A DNA stretch of 64,000 nucleotides from positions 34,969,537-35,033,536 of the forward strand of contig NC_057719.1 of NCBI RefSeq assembly GCF_004010195.1, given 5' to 3'. The notes below the pieces were generated by a model. It had not been told where the DNA came from, searched no databases, and was given only the letters and a program-made list of their open reading frames with translations. A program made the position numbers and the translations under genes. Below are positions 11,095 to 23,519 of this stretch, piece after piece; position 1 is the first letter of the stretch, and every line of letters starts with the position of its first letter. The DNA is from Chiloscyllium plagiosum. Taxonomy: Eukaryota.

Positions 11095-12530
11095 TATGGA
11101 TATAGGTTTGCTCACTGAGCTGGAAGGTTCGTTTTCAGACCTTTCATCACCAAAATAGGTAACATCAGTGAGCCTCAGGATGAAGCCCTGGTGGTAGGGC
11201 CCACTTTCTATTTGTGTTTAGGTTTCCTTTGGTTGGTGATGTCATTTCCTGTTCTCTTTCTTGGGGGATGGTAAATGGAATCCAAGTCAATGTGTTTGTT
11301 GATAGAGTTCCGGTTGGATGCCTTCTAGGAATCCTTGTCAGTGTCTCTGCTTGACTTGTCTTCTGATGCATGTGTTGTCCCAGTCAAAGTGATGTCCTTC
11401 CTCATCTGTATATAAGGATACTAGTGAGAGTGAGTCATGTCTTTTTGTGGCTACTTGATATTCATGTATCCTGGTGGCAAGTTTTCTGCTTGTTTGCCCA
11501 ATGTAGTGTTTGTTACAGTTCTTGCAAGGTATTTTGTAAATTACATTAGTTTTGTTGTCTGCATGGGGTCTTTCAAGTTCATTAGCTGCTGTTTTTAGTG
11601 TGTTGGGGAGGGTGGCTAAGGTTTCTGGACATGTTTAGTTTGGGTTTGTTGGCAGACTGTGTTCATTGGCTAACCGTTCTTTTTGAATACTCTGTATAGG
11701 TGATTTTCCTCTGCTCTTCGTAGTTCCTCTGCTGCAGTGTGTGGAGGCTCATTGAAATAATGTTCACATGCAGCATCGTTTGTGGGTGTTGGGCTGATTG
11801 CTTCTGAAGAAGGGCTTATGCCCGAAACGTCGATTCTCCTGTTCCCTGGATGCTGCCTGACCTGCTGCGCTTTTCCAGCAACACATTTTCAGCTCTGATC
11901 TCCAGCATCTGCAGACCTCACTTTCTCCTCAATGATTGCTTCTGTAGTTCAGTGTTTGGTCTGTATGTGGTGTTTTCCTAGAGATGCTGGTTTGAAGTTC
12001 CCCATTGGCTGTTTGCTGTACTGCAACATCTAGGAATGGCAGTTTGTTGTTGTTTTCCTCTTTAGTGAATTTTATGCCAGTAAGAATATTATTGATGGTC
12101 TTGGAGGTTTCCTCTAATTTGTTTCGTTTAGTGATAAAGGTGTCGTCTACGTAGCGGACCCAAGGTTTGGGTTGGATGGTTGGCAGAGCTGTTTGAGTCT
12201 CTGCATTGCTGCCTCTGCTAAGAACCCTGATGTCAGAGATCCCATGCGTGTTCCATTGGTTTGTCTGTAGGTTTTGTTGTTGAAGGTGGAGTGAGTGGTA
12301 AGGCATAGGTCCACTAGCTCGACAATACTGTCCTTGCTGATGAAGTTGGTGGTGTTTGGTTCTTCTACTAGTGTAGCCATTGTTTCCTTGGCCAGGTTGA
12401 TGTGGATGGATATGAACAGGGCTGTTACGTCAAAGGATACCATTATTTCATCCTTTTCTGTCTTGGTGTCTTTGGTCTTCAGGAATTCTTGGGTAGCGTG
12501 GATGGAATGGCGTTAGTCTTCTACTAAGTG
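11095..12530 (-). mobile_element. Penelope-like element, family C (RT and GIY-YIG, 5'-truncated, frameshifted)
   Basis: MVSFDVTALF, DLCLTTHSTFNNKTYRQTNGTRMGS, WVRYVDDTF and LPFLDV RT motifs. VIYKIPCKNCNKHYIGQT endonuclease motif near 11490-11550. pLTR with decayed hammerhead near 11135-11172. Confidence 0.9.
11804..11831 (+). ncRNA. Minimal type-I hammerhead ribozyme motif (family A insert 11807-11932)
   Basis: CTGAAGA-A-GGGC-TTAT-GCCC-GAAA-CGTC: intact core, 4-bp stem II, palindromic ACGT stem III, GUC triplet; stem I weak. Confidence 0.6.
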
Positions 12531-13298
12531 TTTTTGTCTTTGATTATAGCTCCTTGGCCAGTCTGTAAGTTGGTATTCCAGGTAGCGAGACTATGGGTCA
12601 GAGAGTATTATGCACCAGTCCAACTTTATTACTTTTTTTCTTCCCACTTAGCAAATTGCAAGAAAAGTGATTTTTCTAAGCATTTAAGGGTCATTGTCTT
12701 TAGGGAGGTTCTACTGAGCAGCAAATTGGACAATTAATTCTTTTAGATACTATGTGGTGAACTTCAAAAGTTGGCTATACCACATATAACAGAAAACCCC
12801 AAAATTACTCTCCGTTTGAAGCATACATGTGAACTTATCAGCTAATCTCAGTAGATACAGCCAGGAAAGTCACTTTTAGCTTTTCCCTTTCCTAAAACAC
12901 ACCAACTGAAATCAGTCAACTCAATTTTCAGTACTTTCTTAAATAATGCTGGAGACGGTAGAAGTTGTAAGGTTGAAGACTTTTTTCACCATGATTGTCA
13001 TAGCAGCCTGGGAAAAGAAGTCAGCTAAGTATCCCATTGGGTCTTTGTTTTGTGGAATTTCACGGTTGAAGATGCACAGCATGTGAAGAGGTAGCTACCT
13101 GAGCTAGTTTCTCAGGCACTGGCATTCATGAGAAACTTCATGAAGAGAGGAATAGGAAGAAATGGCTACATGACCTTCAGTTAGACAAAATGACAGTATA
13201 GACAAAGATTAAAAATGGTTAAAATTTGGCAACATCTGTTTTAATAAACAATTTTAAAAAACTAACTATTTTCAGACAAAATATTTAATTTCCTACAG

Positions 13299-13416
13299 GA
13301 AGAAGAAGTACACAGAAGGTGATGTTCCTAAGTCCATGTCAGGAAGTTGTGCTGCTTGTGTGGATGGAGTACTATATCTGTTTGGAGGACATCATGTAAG
13401 AGGGAACACTAATGAG
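13299..13416 (+). CDS. KLHDC2: KLHDC2 coding exon 3
   Basis: cctacag|KKKYTEGDVPKSMSGSCAACVDGVLYLFGGHHVRGNTNE|gtaaca, 118 nt. Confidence 0.95.
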
Positions 13417-13663
13417 GTAACAGCTTTGGACTGTTGAGCAAATGTTCTAATATAGTTAACTACAAAGTTGTTAGATTGTAATCTTTTTTGAAAACTGACT
13501 TGTCAAATGCTTAAATGCAGATATTTATAAAACCATTGTTAATGTTGATTAATTCCATCCCTCTCATTGGCAGCAATCTCCTTCCATGCCTTAACTATCT
13601 GAGATTTGACTTTTCCACTGCTGTCCTGGCTGGTCTCCCGGACTCTACCTGCCTTGCACTTGA

Positions 13664-13842
13664 TGTGGAGGTGCGGGTTTTGGACAGGGATGGTCAAAGT
13701 CAGAAGTCACATGACCCCAGGTTATAGTCCAACAGGTTTATTTAAAATCAGAAGCTTTTGGGGCACTGCTCCTTCGTCACTTTGCTTGATGAAGTGAAAA
13801 TAAACCTGTTGGATTATAACCTGGTGTCGTGTGACATGACTT
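13664..13842. mobile_element. Fold-back PLE-derived mini element, family B
   Basis: caggttatagtccaacaggtttattt (13718-13743) is inverted as aaataaacctgttggattataacctg (13798-13823); same family as the ends of 29379-31639. Confidence 0.75.
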
Positions 13843-14339
13843 TTGCCTTATGCTTGAAGTTATTAAAAATTCTGCTGCCCTTGTCTTAACTCTCGGCAAG
13901 GTTTGATCCTTGTTCTCACTGATCTACCTTGGCTACTGATCAAGCAATGTCTTGATTTTAAAGTTCTCATCACTGTTTCTAAAATTCCTCTTGCCTTGCT
14001 TATCTTTGCAATCTCAAGCCCTACTGAGACATCCGTGTTCCTTTTTAGTTCTGATTTGTTATGCATTCCCAACTGGGCCATGACCTAAGTACAGGAAATA
14101 ACAGCAGCCCCGTTGACACTGCAAATTCCTCTGTCAAAATTGGTTGAGTCCTAAAGAATGTAGCTACTAGACTCTGTCTATGACAGCTGGTGGAAGAACC
14201 AGAAGGAGTCAAAAGCACACCGGATCTCAGCCTCAACAGTCTGCCTGCAGGTGATGCATATGTTAAGGAGTAAAAATTGCATGGTCCTTGTGGAAACAAA
14301 GTCTATTGAGAATACCCTCCATCATATTGTGTTGCATTG

Positions 14340-14953
14340 TGTTAAGACGGACCCGCGGGGTCCCGTCTTTGCGTGTTCTTTCGGAAGGAGAGACTCACAC
14401 TGGCAACTATGGTTAGACGCAGACAGCCGTTTATTTACAGAATCTTAACTGGTACAACGAATCTACAAGCATGCATTCGTTGGAGAAGGCGTTCTCCCTT
14501 CTCGTTCAAACTTGACACAATTATACTTCGCGCTGCCAGGAGTCCCTGGTCAGTTCACCTTCCCCATTGGTCCATTCATCTGCGTGCGCTGGGGATCCGT
14601 CCTCCTATTGGCCGCATCAAAGTGCCTGTCCAGCTCCTGCTGTGCTTGACAATGGCTCAGCCATCCCCGGGAGCGGTTCCGATCCCGTATTCAATAGTTC
14701 ATTGTTTCAAGGAATTACTATGTGTCTGACAGGCTAGCCATTTTCAATAGTTTCCGTTTAACTAAATTGTCAATTACACTTATCAACTTTAGACTTAAAT
14801 AGAGCCATTCACACTTTACAGTTACAGGTTCCGATAGAGCAATTCACACTTGTCTAACAGTTACAGATTCCGATCGGTTTCTTTATTAATCCCGAGTTTC
14901 GAATGGGCAATTGATACTGGCTGGTATTTACAGGCTCCAAGATTTAATTAACA
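14340..14953 (-). mobile_element. Probable solo LTR (ERV- or gypsy-like)
   Basis: TGTTAA...TTAACA inverted termini, CpG-rich, 614 bp. On -: two CCAAT boxes (14607-14611, 14566-14570), TATAAT (14520-14525), AATAAA (14430-14435) in U3-R-U5 order. No clean TSD. Confidence 0.65.
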
Positions 14954-14959
14954 TTATGC

Positions 14960-16230
14960 ATATCCCTTACAAGCTCCAGCCAGGTAGTCATGCAGTCGCC
15001 AGCAGCAGCTCACTTGGCTGTTGTTAACCATTTCAGGGCTGGAACTAGAAGTGTCTGTTGCAGAACTAGTGTCACCCTCCCTAGCCCTACATTAAACACC
15101 CCAGTGAAATCTCCCCAACAATTGCCATCATAGGACAGATTTCAAACCAACCATCAATAAATGCTCTTTGAACAGCCTGACACCACCTACACCCTCATGG
15201 CCTGACTTTAGAAATGGTACCTCTGCTTTGCCTCAAACCACTCTGTTCCAATACAGCTGCTACACTGAGATCTACTCAACAATGTTCCAAATTGTCCAGA
15301 GAAGCAAGACAAATCCAAGTGGCTCTCAGTCTACTCTTGGTGATGGTGAGGCCATCAACACTGCTATTAAGCAGTATTGCTTACCAACAACCTGTTCCCT
15401 GATGCTTTGTTTAGATTCTGTTGGGGCACTCAGCTGAATCATTCGCAATTGGGGAATGGGAAGCTGTTTATTGATTTGGAGTCATAACTAGCACAAATAA
15501 AGATGGCTGTTGTTGTTGGAGGTCAGAGATCTCAGTAACTAATTGCAGGAATTCCTTGGAATAGTGACCTCTGCTCAAAATCATTAGCTGCTTCATCAAT
15601 GACAGTCCTTCTATCATAGATCAGAAATGGCAATGTGCAACTTTGAGCAAAACAATATTCAGTACCATTCATGACTCCGATGGATATAGGCTGCTTCACT
15701 AAGTGCAGAAAGATCTGGACAATGGCCAGGCTTAGGCTGACAAGTGGCAAATTAATTTGGTGCCACACAAGTGCCAGGCAATGACAATGTCTGACAAGTG
15801 TCAATCTCATAGTCTCTTAATATGTCATTGCATTGCCATCTCTGAATCACCCATTGTCAACATCCTGGGTGACCATTGACCAGAAACCGAACTGGCCATA
15901 TATTTTGTTGCTACAAGAGCAGATCAGAGAGGCTAGAAACCCTGCAATGAGTAATGCATGTGATGACTCAAAAGTCTGTCCATTATTAACATGGCACAAA
16001 TTATTGTGATGGAATACTTGCCACTTGCCTGGATGAGTGCAGCTCCAACATCAATTGAGAAGTTTGATATCATCCAGGACGAAGTGGTTGGCTGATTTGG
16101 CACCATATCCACAAATACACATTCCCTGCACCATCAATGCACAGTAGCAGTACTGTGTACCATCTAAAACTACACTGTGAAATTCACAAAGCTCACATAG
16201 AGCACTTTCCTAAACCAAGATCATTACCAT
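14960..16230 (+). mobile_element. Decayed CR1/L2-group LINE
   Basis: Degenerate RT-region sequence (gctgacaagtggcaa, caacatcctggg...ccattgaccagaaac), similar to 61080-61965 and, inverted, 23520-25620. Confidence 0.65.
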
Positions 16231-16239
16231 GTAGATACA

Positions 16240-16830
16240 AAAGTGAAGAAGGCACACCAACACCACCTTCCTCAGGTGGCTCAGGAAATTTGGCATTTCC
16301 ATAAGGACCATCACCAACTCTTACAGATTTACTATTGAAAGCATGCTATCCAGGTGCATAACAGCCTTGTATGGCAACTGCTGTACCCAGGACCGTAAAA
16401 CAACGGAAGGTTGTGTGTACGACCCAGACCATCATGGAAGCCACCCTTCCATCCATGGACTCCGTTTACATGGCTTGTTGCAGTGGAAAGGCTCCTAACA
16501 TCATCAAAGACCTTGTGCACCCGGTAATGCTCTCTTGCAATCTCTTTTGTCAGGCAGAAGATCCAGGAGCTTGAACTCTCACACCAGAAGGTTCAGGAAC
16601 AGCTGTTTCTTGGCTGTTCTTAGACTGGTGAATGAACTTTCTAGCCTCATAATGTAGATCTTGCTAACCTTGATCTTGCCTAGTGTACACCCTATGTAAC
16701 GCATGCCTCAGTTTTTTTTTCAACCCTATAATCTGCACCTCCTTGCTTACTATAATCTGCCTGTACTACTCGTAAACAAAGCTTTTCTCTGTACCTGGGT
16801 ACACATAACAATAAATAAATCAAATTTAGA
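16240..16830 (+). mobile_element. Rex1/RTE-like LINE 3' end
   Basis: TIESMLS.CITALYGNC-like RT C-terminus, ending in acaataaataaatcaaat; same family as 47730-48480. Confidence 0.65.
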
Positions 16831-17569
16831 AAGACAAGAGAAGCAGGTACATAGGAATATCATCATCTTCACCTTCAAGTTTCCCTGTAAGTTACTCTCC
16901 ATGCTAACTTGGAAATGTATTATCTCTACTTCAATATTGCTGGGCCCTCCTCAAAAGCTTTTTGGGTCTACCTACACAAAATGTACTGCAACAGTTCAAG
17001 GAGACAGCTCATTGCTGCCACCACCACCTTAACAGTAGCTAGGGATGGAAAATGAGTCTTGGACCATCCAATGAAGCACACCCACTATGGATGAGTTTCT
17101 AAAACAAAATTACTGTGTCTTCAATTGTCTTGACTCACAAAGCTCTTGAAATTACTTCTCATGCCTGTCCACCTGTTTTTGTTTTCTCATTGACGATATT
17201 TCTTGAAATCTATAGTTTTGACCATGCTTTTAGCCATCTAATTTCATATCTCCTTTGTTAATACTTTTTGCCATTGGCTGTAATGGGTATCAAAATTGAA
17301 TTAAGTTGTTTCCTCTTTGCTGCTTGTAATGCATATTAAATGTGTCGTTGTTGAAAAATGGCATTTGTCTTGTGGATTTATGAAGCCAATAATGTTTAAA
17401 AACACTACTTTTTTTCATCTCAAATATTTCTCCTATTGGTGGTAGGGGCACAATTTTTTTTCCCCCCATCTTTTAAGTCATCCTGTGCATGTTGTAGTAA
17501 GCTTTTAACTTGAAATGCTGCAATTCCTATGATGGGTGCTGCATATCATTTGAAGGGCGATCAATGTAA

Positions 17570-19930
17570 TGTAATTTGGAAATACATAAGCAGAGTCAGC
17601 ATGGCTTCATGAAGGGAAAGTCATGCCTCACAAATTTACCAAGATTCTTTGAGGAGGTAACTAGCAGGATAGATAAAAGGGGAAGCAGTGGATGTAACTT
17701 ATTTGGATTTTCAGAAAGTGTTTGTTTGATAAGATGCTAAACATTAGATCATTTAAGCCAAGAGCCCATGGTTCTGAGGTAGTCTATTAGCCTGGAAAGA
17801 AGATTAGCTAACAGATAGAAGGTGAGTTAGGATAAGTGGGGCTTTTTTATGATGGCAATCTGTCTCTAGTGGAACGCCACAGGGATCAGTGCAGAGACCA
17901 CAACTATTTACAATATATCTGAATGATATGGCTGAGGAATATGAACGTACAATAGCCAAGTTTGCAAATGATGTGGGAAAGCAAATAGTGAAGACAACAG
18001 TCTAAGATGAATATAGACAGGCAAAAACTTGGTTAGATGGGACATAATATGGAAAGTTTTGAGGTTTAGCAGGAGTAGAGGAGGTGAATATGTCCGATAA
18101 ATGGACAGTGTGTGGGGCTTGTTTTCTGATGTGTGTGATACATCAAAATGACCATCTAAGCCTCCTGTGTTAACTAAAATTCAGCTACTAGAATTCTTCA
18201 AATAAAAGGACAATGTAAATTATTTTGGTGCAGGTGTACAGGACTTCTCAGGGGTTTCCAATGTGGAGTAAGACATACCAAACTGATCGCTGTGAGCTCT
18301 TGCATTGATTAGACCAATGAAAATTTAGCTACTCTGTTCCCCCAATTAAATAGAATTTATTTGTCAATCTCTTAGCTATGAGAGTACTGTACTTGGAATA
18401 GTGCCAAGAACAGAAATAGTTTAGGGGAGCAATAATCAATTTGTAAATTTGAAGTGCAGAAAACTGGGAAAAGAGTATCTCCTTTACTTCTCCTATATAA
18501 GTCTCTTTTCAATCAATACTTGAAGAAAATGGAGCATACTTGAAGTTGTCTTCCAATTGGCCATGGAGAAAGTTTCTGCAAGCAGAGTAATATCTGTGAC
18601 AACAGCCTGAGACTGTACAGTACTGATGCTGCTGTGGCAACTGATCTTCATGTTTCAAGTGTGGATGATATGGCAATTTGTACTGGCCTGTTCTTGATTA
18701 TGGCCATGATGAGTCGAGATTGTGGTGCTAGAAAAACACAGCCAGTCAGGCAGCCTCCGAGGAGCAGGAGAATCGTCGTTTTGGGCATAAGCCCTTCATT
18801 CCCAATGCTTTGCAAGCACCACATTCTCAACTCTGATCTCCAGCATCTGCAGTCTTCACTTTCTCCTGTGGCCATGATGAGAGCTGCTTCTGTGAGGCAT
18901 CACTGGATACTAATCCTAGTAACTGGTCACAATAAGTGATCCCTGACACTCATCTGAGCAACCGTGCTAACGGCTCCCATTCAGTGTAAAAATCAACGCT
19001 ACAACTTTGGTGCAATGGACCAACAGGTCAACTAATTATTTAATGGAGAAAGAGGCTACAGGACAGGGGATATGGGATTCTTTGTGCATGAATCCCAAAA
19101 ACCTAGCATCCGAGTTCATTGAGTAATTGGACGGCAAATGGAATGTTAGCTTGGGAATGGAGTTTTTAAAAACAAAGGAGCAAGTTTTAGCAAATACCAT
19201 GCAAACACTAGGAAGAAAAATAAAAGTTATGATGGTGAACAAGAAGAAAGATTTGCATTCAAATCCTATTGGAAAGAAGAGCAGAACTTCAAGGTAGACA
19301 TACCTCGAACAGAGGTAGTTGTGGATTACACACAAAACTGAAATAAAGAACTGCAAGTGCATGAGACCAGGACTAACTCTGTTCTTTTGTTTTATTATTA
19401 AAGTAAGAAAGTTTTGCTAAAACTGTACATAGTGCTAGACAGACTACAGTTGGAATACTGAGAGTTGTTTGGGCCCTTTTCCAGGGAAAGATATTCTGGC
19501 ATTGGAGGAAGTCCAGAGAAGGTTCACTACGCTGTAACAGGTATTGAGGAAGTTTTTTCTTTTATGAGTAGAGTTTGATTAGTTTAGGCCAGTACTCATT
19601 GCAGCTCAGAAGAATGAGAGGTGATCTTATTGATCCATGCAGGATTCTTAAGGGACTTGGCAGGGTAGATTTGGAAAGGTTATTTCCCTTTATGGTCTAG
19701 GTCCAAAGGGTATATCTCAGAAAAAAGGGGTTGTACATTTAAGACGCAATTGAAGAGGGATTTCTTCTGAGGGTAGTGATTCTGTGGAATTCTTTACAGC
19801 ACAGTGTTGTTGAGACTGTGATAAATTTAATCAAAGCTAAGGTGGAGAGATTTTTAATTAGTTACAGAGATAAAGCGGGAAAGTGGAGTTGTGGGTTATC
19901 AATTCAACCATGATCTTGGTGGATGGCAGA
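17570..19930 (+). mobile_element. Fragmented CR1-clade LINE remnants
   Basis: agtcagcatggcttcatgaagggaaagtcatgcctcacaaattt, ttggattttcagaaag and gtccagagaaggttcact segments, interrupted by other sequence. Confidence 0.7.
18714..18868. mobile_element. Fold-back PLE-derived element, family A, with 13-bp TSD
   Basis: TGGCCATGATGAG at 18701-18713 and 18869-18881; minus-strand arm followed by a plus-strand end with tail. Confidence 0.8.
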
Positions 19931-20482
19931 AAAGACATGGCCTGAAAGGATCAGAGTTAGGCCAGATTCTTATGGTGGTTCTGACAATGAAAAAAGAAAG
20001 ATGATACATGCGCAAGTCAGTGTGTGACTGAAAGCAAAGTTGATGGTTTTTCCAAAATGATACTGAAAATGTTGTCCTCTTTGGTTGAAGTCACAGGTAA
20101 AATGGTGTTGTTGGCAAAACCTTAGTACAGTGTGTTCTGTAGATAGCTGTTTTGTTACTCGAAGCACAGAGATCACTTGGCATTAATGTTGTATCACTAA
20201 TTCAATATAATTATGCAACATCAATTTAGCAATTAATTAGAATTACATCTTTCCTAATAAGAAATTATGATTGGGGATGTTTAAGAATTCTACACATAGG
20301 CTGAATAGACATTTTACTTCCATCTATTTGCCTTTCATATTATTGTCCAACAACCCACTTAGCCAAAATACGTTTGAGGTTGATTGAGAGAATTCAATTA
20401 TTCTAGTGAGTTCTGAGCTCAATCCTGAACAGCCTAGCCTTAAAATTAAGGTCACACCCCTTGCCTGGATTTAGTATTTACC

Positions 20483-20578
20483 AGCTGAAAATGTGTTGCT
20501 GGAAATGCGCAGCAGGTCAGGCAGCATCCAAGGAGCAGGAGAATCGACATTTTGGGCGTGAGCCCTTCTTCAGGAATC
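20483..20578 (-). mobile_element. PLE-derived short repeat, family A
   Basis: Minus strand attcCTGAAGAAGGGCTCACGCCCAAAATGTCgattctcc; the GAAA core has decayed to AAAA. Confidence 0.75.
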
Positions 20579-21779
20579 AGTCACCCCACAATAAACTAAC
20601 ACTATTAATAACTGAAGTTGGAACCTCCAATGTAACAAATCTGCTGTTAGTGATATTTTTTTTTAATGTTCATTCATGTGATATCAACTTTGATTAGTCA
20701 GCCCCTTGAGTTTGCTGTGCCATTTAAAACGGTCGTGGCTGATTTCATCTTTGTCCCATCTCCCTTTTCCTGTCCATTCTCCATAGCCCTTTAACTCATC
20801 ACTAATTAAAAATCTGGCCATCTCCTCATATTTACTCAATGTCCCAATTGCACCACATTCTGGGACAGTGCATTCCACATGTCATGCTCATTTGAGAGAA
20901 GTAATTTCTCCTCATCTCTTGTTTTCAATCTGCCAGCCCTTATTTTAAAGCTTTGACTTCTCATTTCAAATTGTCGCGAAGAGAAAACATCCTCGCTAGA
21001 TCAACTTTGTCAATCCTCTTTAGTATCTTTATATACCTTGATTAGACCTCCCATTCTTCAAAACGCAAGAATATAGACCTAAACTGCTCAATCTGTCTTC
21101 TGGAATCAATCAAGTAAATCTCCTCAACTGCCTCCAATGTAACTACATCTCACCTCAAGTAAGGGGACCAAAATTGAACACAATACTTCTCCCTAATTTC
21201 CGTGGAGTAGATAATGTTGAAATTCTATCTTTAACTGCTACAGTTATTTGGGTTTCTCAGTGCTGTTAGGAAAGCAGTTGCAGGGTTTTCAGTCTGTGAC
21301 GGTGAAGTAACAACAATATAGTTCCAAGTCAGGATGGTGTGTGACTTGGGCTTTTGCAGGTGGTGATGTTCCCATGTTTCTTTCATCCCTCCCTTCCAGG
21401 TGGTAGAGAATACACATTTGGAAAGGGCAGTCAAAAGAGCCTTGGTGAGTTACTGCAATGAATCATGTAGATATGCATGCACTGCTGCCACTGTGAATTG
21501 GTGGTGAACGGAGTAAATGCTGAAGGTGGTGGATATAGTGCCAGTCAAGCAAGATGACTTGTCCTGGAGGCAGCCTGCTTGATTAGTATTTTTGGACATG
21601 CACTCATTCAGGCATGTGGAGAGTGTGGTCAGATTACCAGCAGCAGCAGAAATGCCTTTGAGACTGGTTAGGAGCTACAATGCTGCATGCTGGGATCCTT
21701 GGTCACGATAGTTTAAATCTGACCTTGATTAAAGCTGCAGCCAGAACTGTAAACTGTCACCTGCAGCTTCCTGTGTTAT

Positions 21780-22890
21780 AAAGTCATAAAAGCTTACAGC
21801 ATAGAAACAGTGCTTCAGTTCAACTTGACCAGATCTCCTAAACTAATCTAATCCCATTTGCCAGTATTTGGCCCAAACCCTTCATATTCAGATGCCTTTT
21901 AAATATTGTAATTATACCCACTTCCACCACTCCCTATGCTAGCCCATTCCATACTTGCTTCACCCTCTGTGTGGAAAACGTTACCCCTCAGTCTTTTTTA
22001 AAATCTTTCCCCTCTCGCCTTTTAGATCCAGATTCCCCCACCCGAGGACAAAGACTTTGGCTATTCACTCTATTCCTGTCCCTCATGACCTTATAAACCT
22101 TTCTTTTTAAGATCACCTCTTAGTCTCCGAAGCTCCAGGGAGTAAATCCCCTCCGCCTCTCTCTGAGCTCAAACCCTCCAGTCCTGGCACCCTCTCAAGT
22201 TTAACACCATCGTTCCAAAGCAGGGTAACCAGAATTGAATATAATATTTCAAAAGTGGCCTCGATGTCCTATATAGCCACAATAACATGACATCCCAACT
22301 CCCATATTCAAAGCACTAATCAATGAAGGCAAGGGCATCAAACACCACCTCCACAGTCCTGTGACTCAACTTTCAAGGAACTGTGCACCTAGGTCCCTTT
22401 GTTCGACAACACTCCTCACAGCCCTACCATTAAGTGTAAAAGTCCTGCTCTGGTTTGCCGTACCAAAATGCAATACCATCTGTTGGTCCTCAGCCTGTTG
22501 TACTCGGTGATAACTTTCTTTGCTGTTCACTATGCTATCAATTTTGGTGTCGTCTGCAAACTTGCTAACCATACTTCCTATATTCAAGTCATTTGTATAA
22601 ATGGCGAAAAGCAAGGGACCCAGCACTGATCCTTGAGGCATATCTCTGGTCACAGACTCCAGTTCAAAACACAATCTTCCACCACCACCCTCTGTCGTCT
22701 TCCTTCAAGCCAATTTTGTATCCAATTAGATAGCTCTTCCTGGATTCCATGTGATCTAACTGTGCTAACCAGTCTACCATGTGGAACCCTGTCAAACGCC
22801 TTGCTGAAGTCCATATAAACAACATCTGCTGCTCTGCTTTCTTCAATTTCCAAGGCCCCTAAAGAAAATTCGCTAAGTTAGTGAGATTAA
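21780..22890 (-). mobile_element. CR1-clade LINE (HER1-like) 3' portion
   Basis: DVVYMDFSKAFDRVPHGRL and PQGSVLGPLLFAIYTNDL...KFADDTK motifs. Confidence 0.9.
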
Positions 22891-23519
22891 GTAAGGGAGG
22901 TTTTATGGTTGTCAGACTGGCACCATATTACCTTATGGACCATGGAATGTGTCATTTACAACTTAATATAAACATTTACGAGTTGATTACCAGTAAACTC
23001 CATTAGCTGGGATTGAATGTTGTGATCAGGGTTTGGTCAGATCTTTGTGCCAGCTGAATTTCTGTAATTAAGCACATATTGTGATAAAAGTCAGCAGAAC
23101 ATAACATTTTGCAGGAATGAGCCTTTGAGACCACATTTGAGAAGCATTTGCTCCAAAGTCATCTTCAGAGAAGAACTAAGAACCACAAGGCCAGATCTAT
23201 AGAGAGCAAAAGTTGGCCATTTCACTTGAATTGGGGTTGTATTTGTTTCAAGTCAAACTTAAGAGTTAAAGTTAGAATTAGAGTTGAATGTGAATTAGGT
23301 TGAAGTTAAAGAGAAGTTAAATGAAGTATTAAAGTTGAACTTTGAGTTAGATGAAGTAAGAAGTATATGTTGGCAACTACATAAAATGTTTGTTTTATAA
23401 TGAGTATTGGTACTTAGAGTTAAAATAAGGAAGGGTTTATTTAATTAAAGTCAGAGTCTACTCCCTGTCTTTGTCACACAAGGTAAGAACACCTGGGTTA
23501 AAGGTTTGAGGACTGTTTT

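Noticed and set aside
23260..23365. GTTAAA/GAGTT-rich periodic tract
   Set aside because: Degenerate low-complexity sequence with no stable unit
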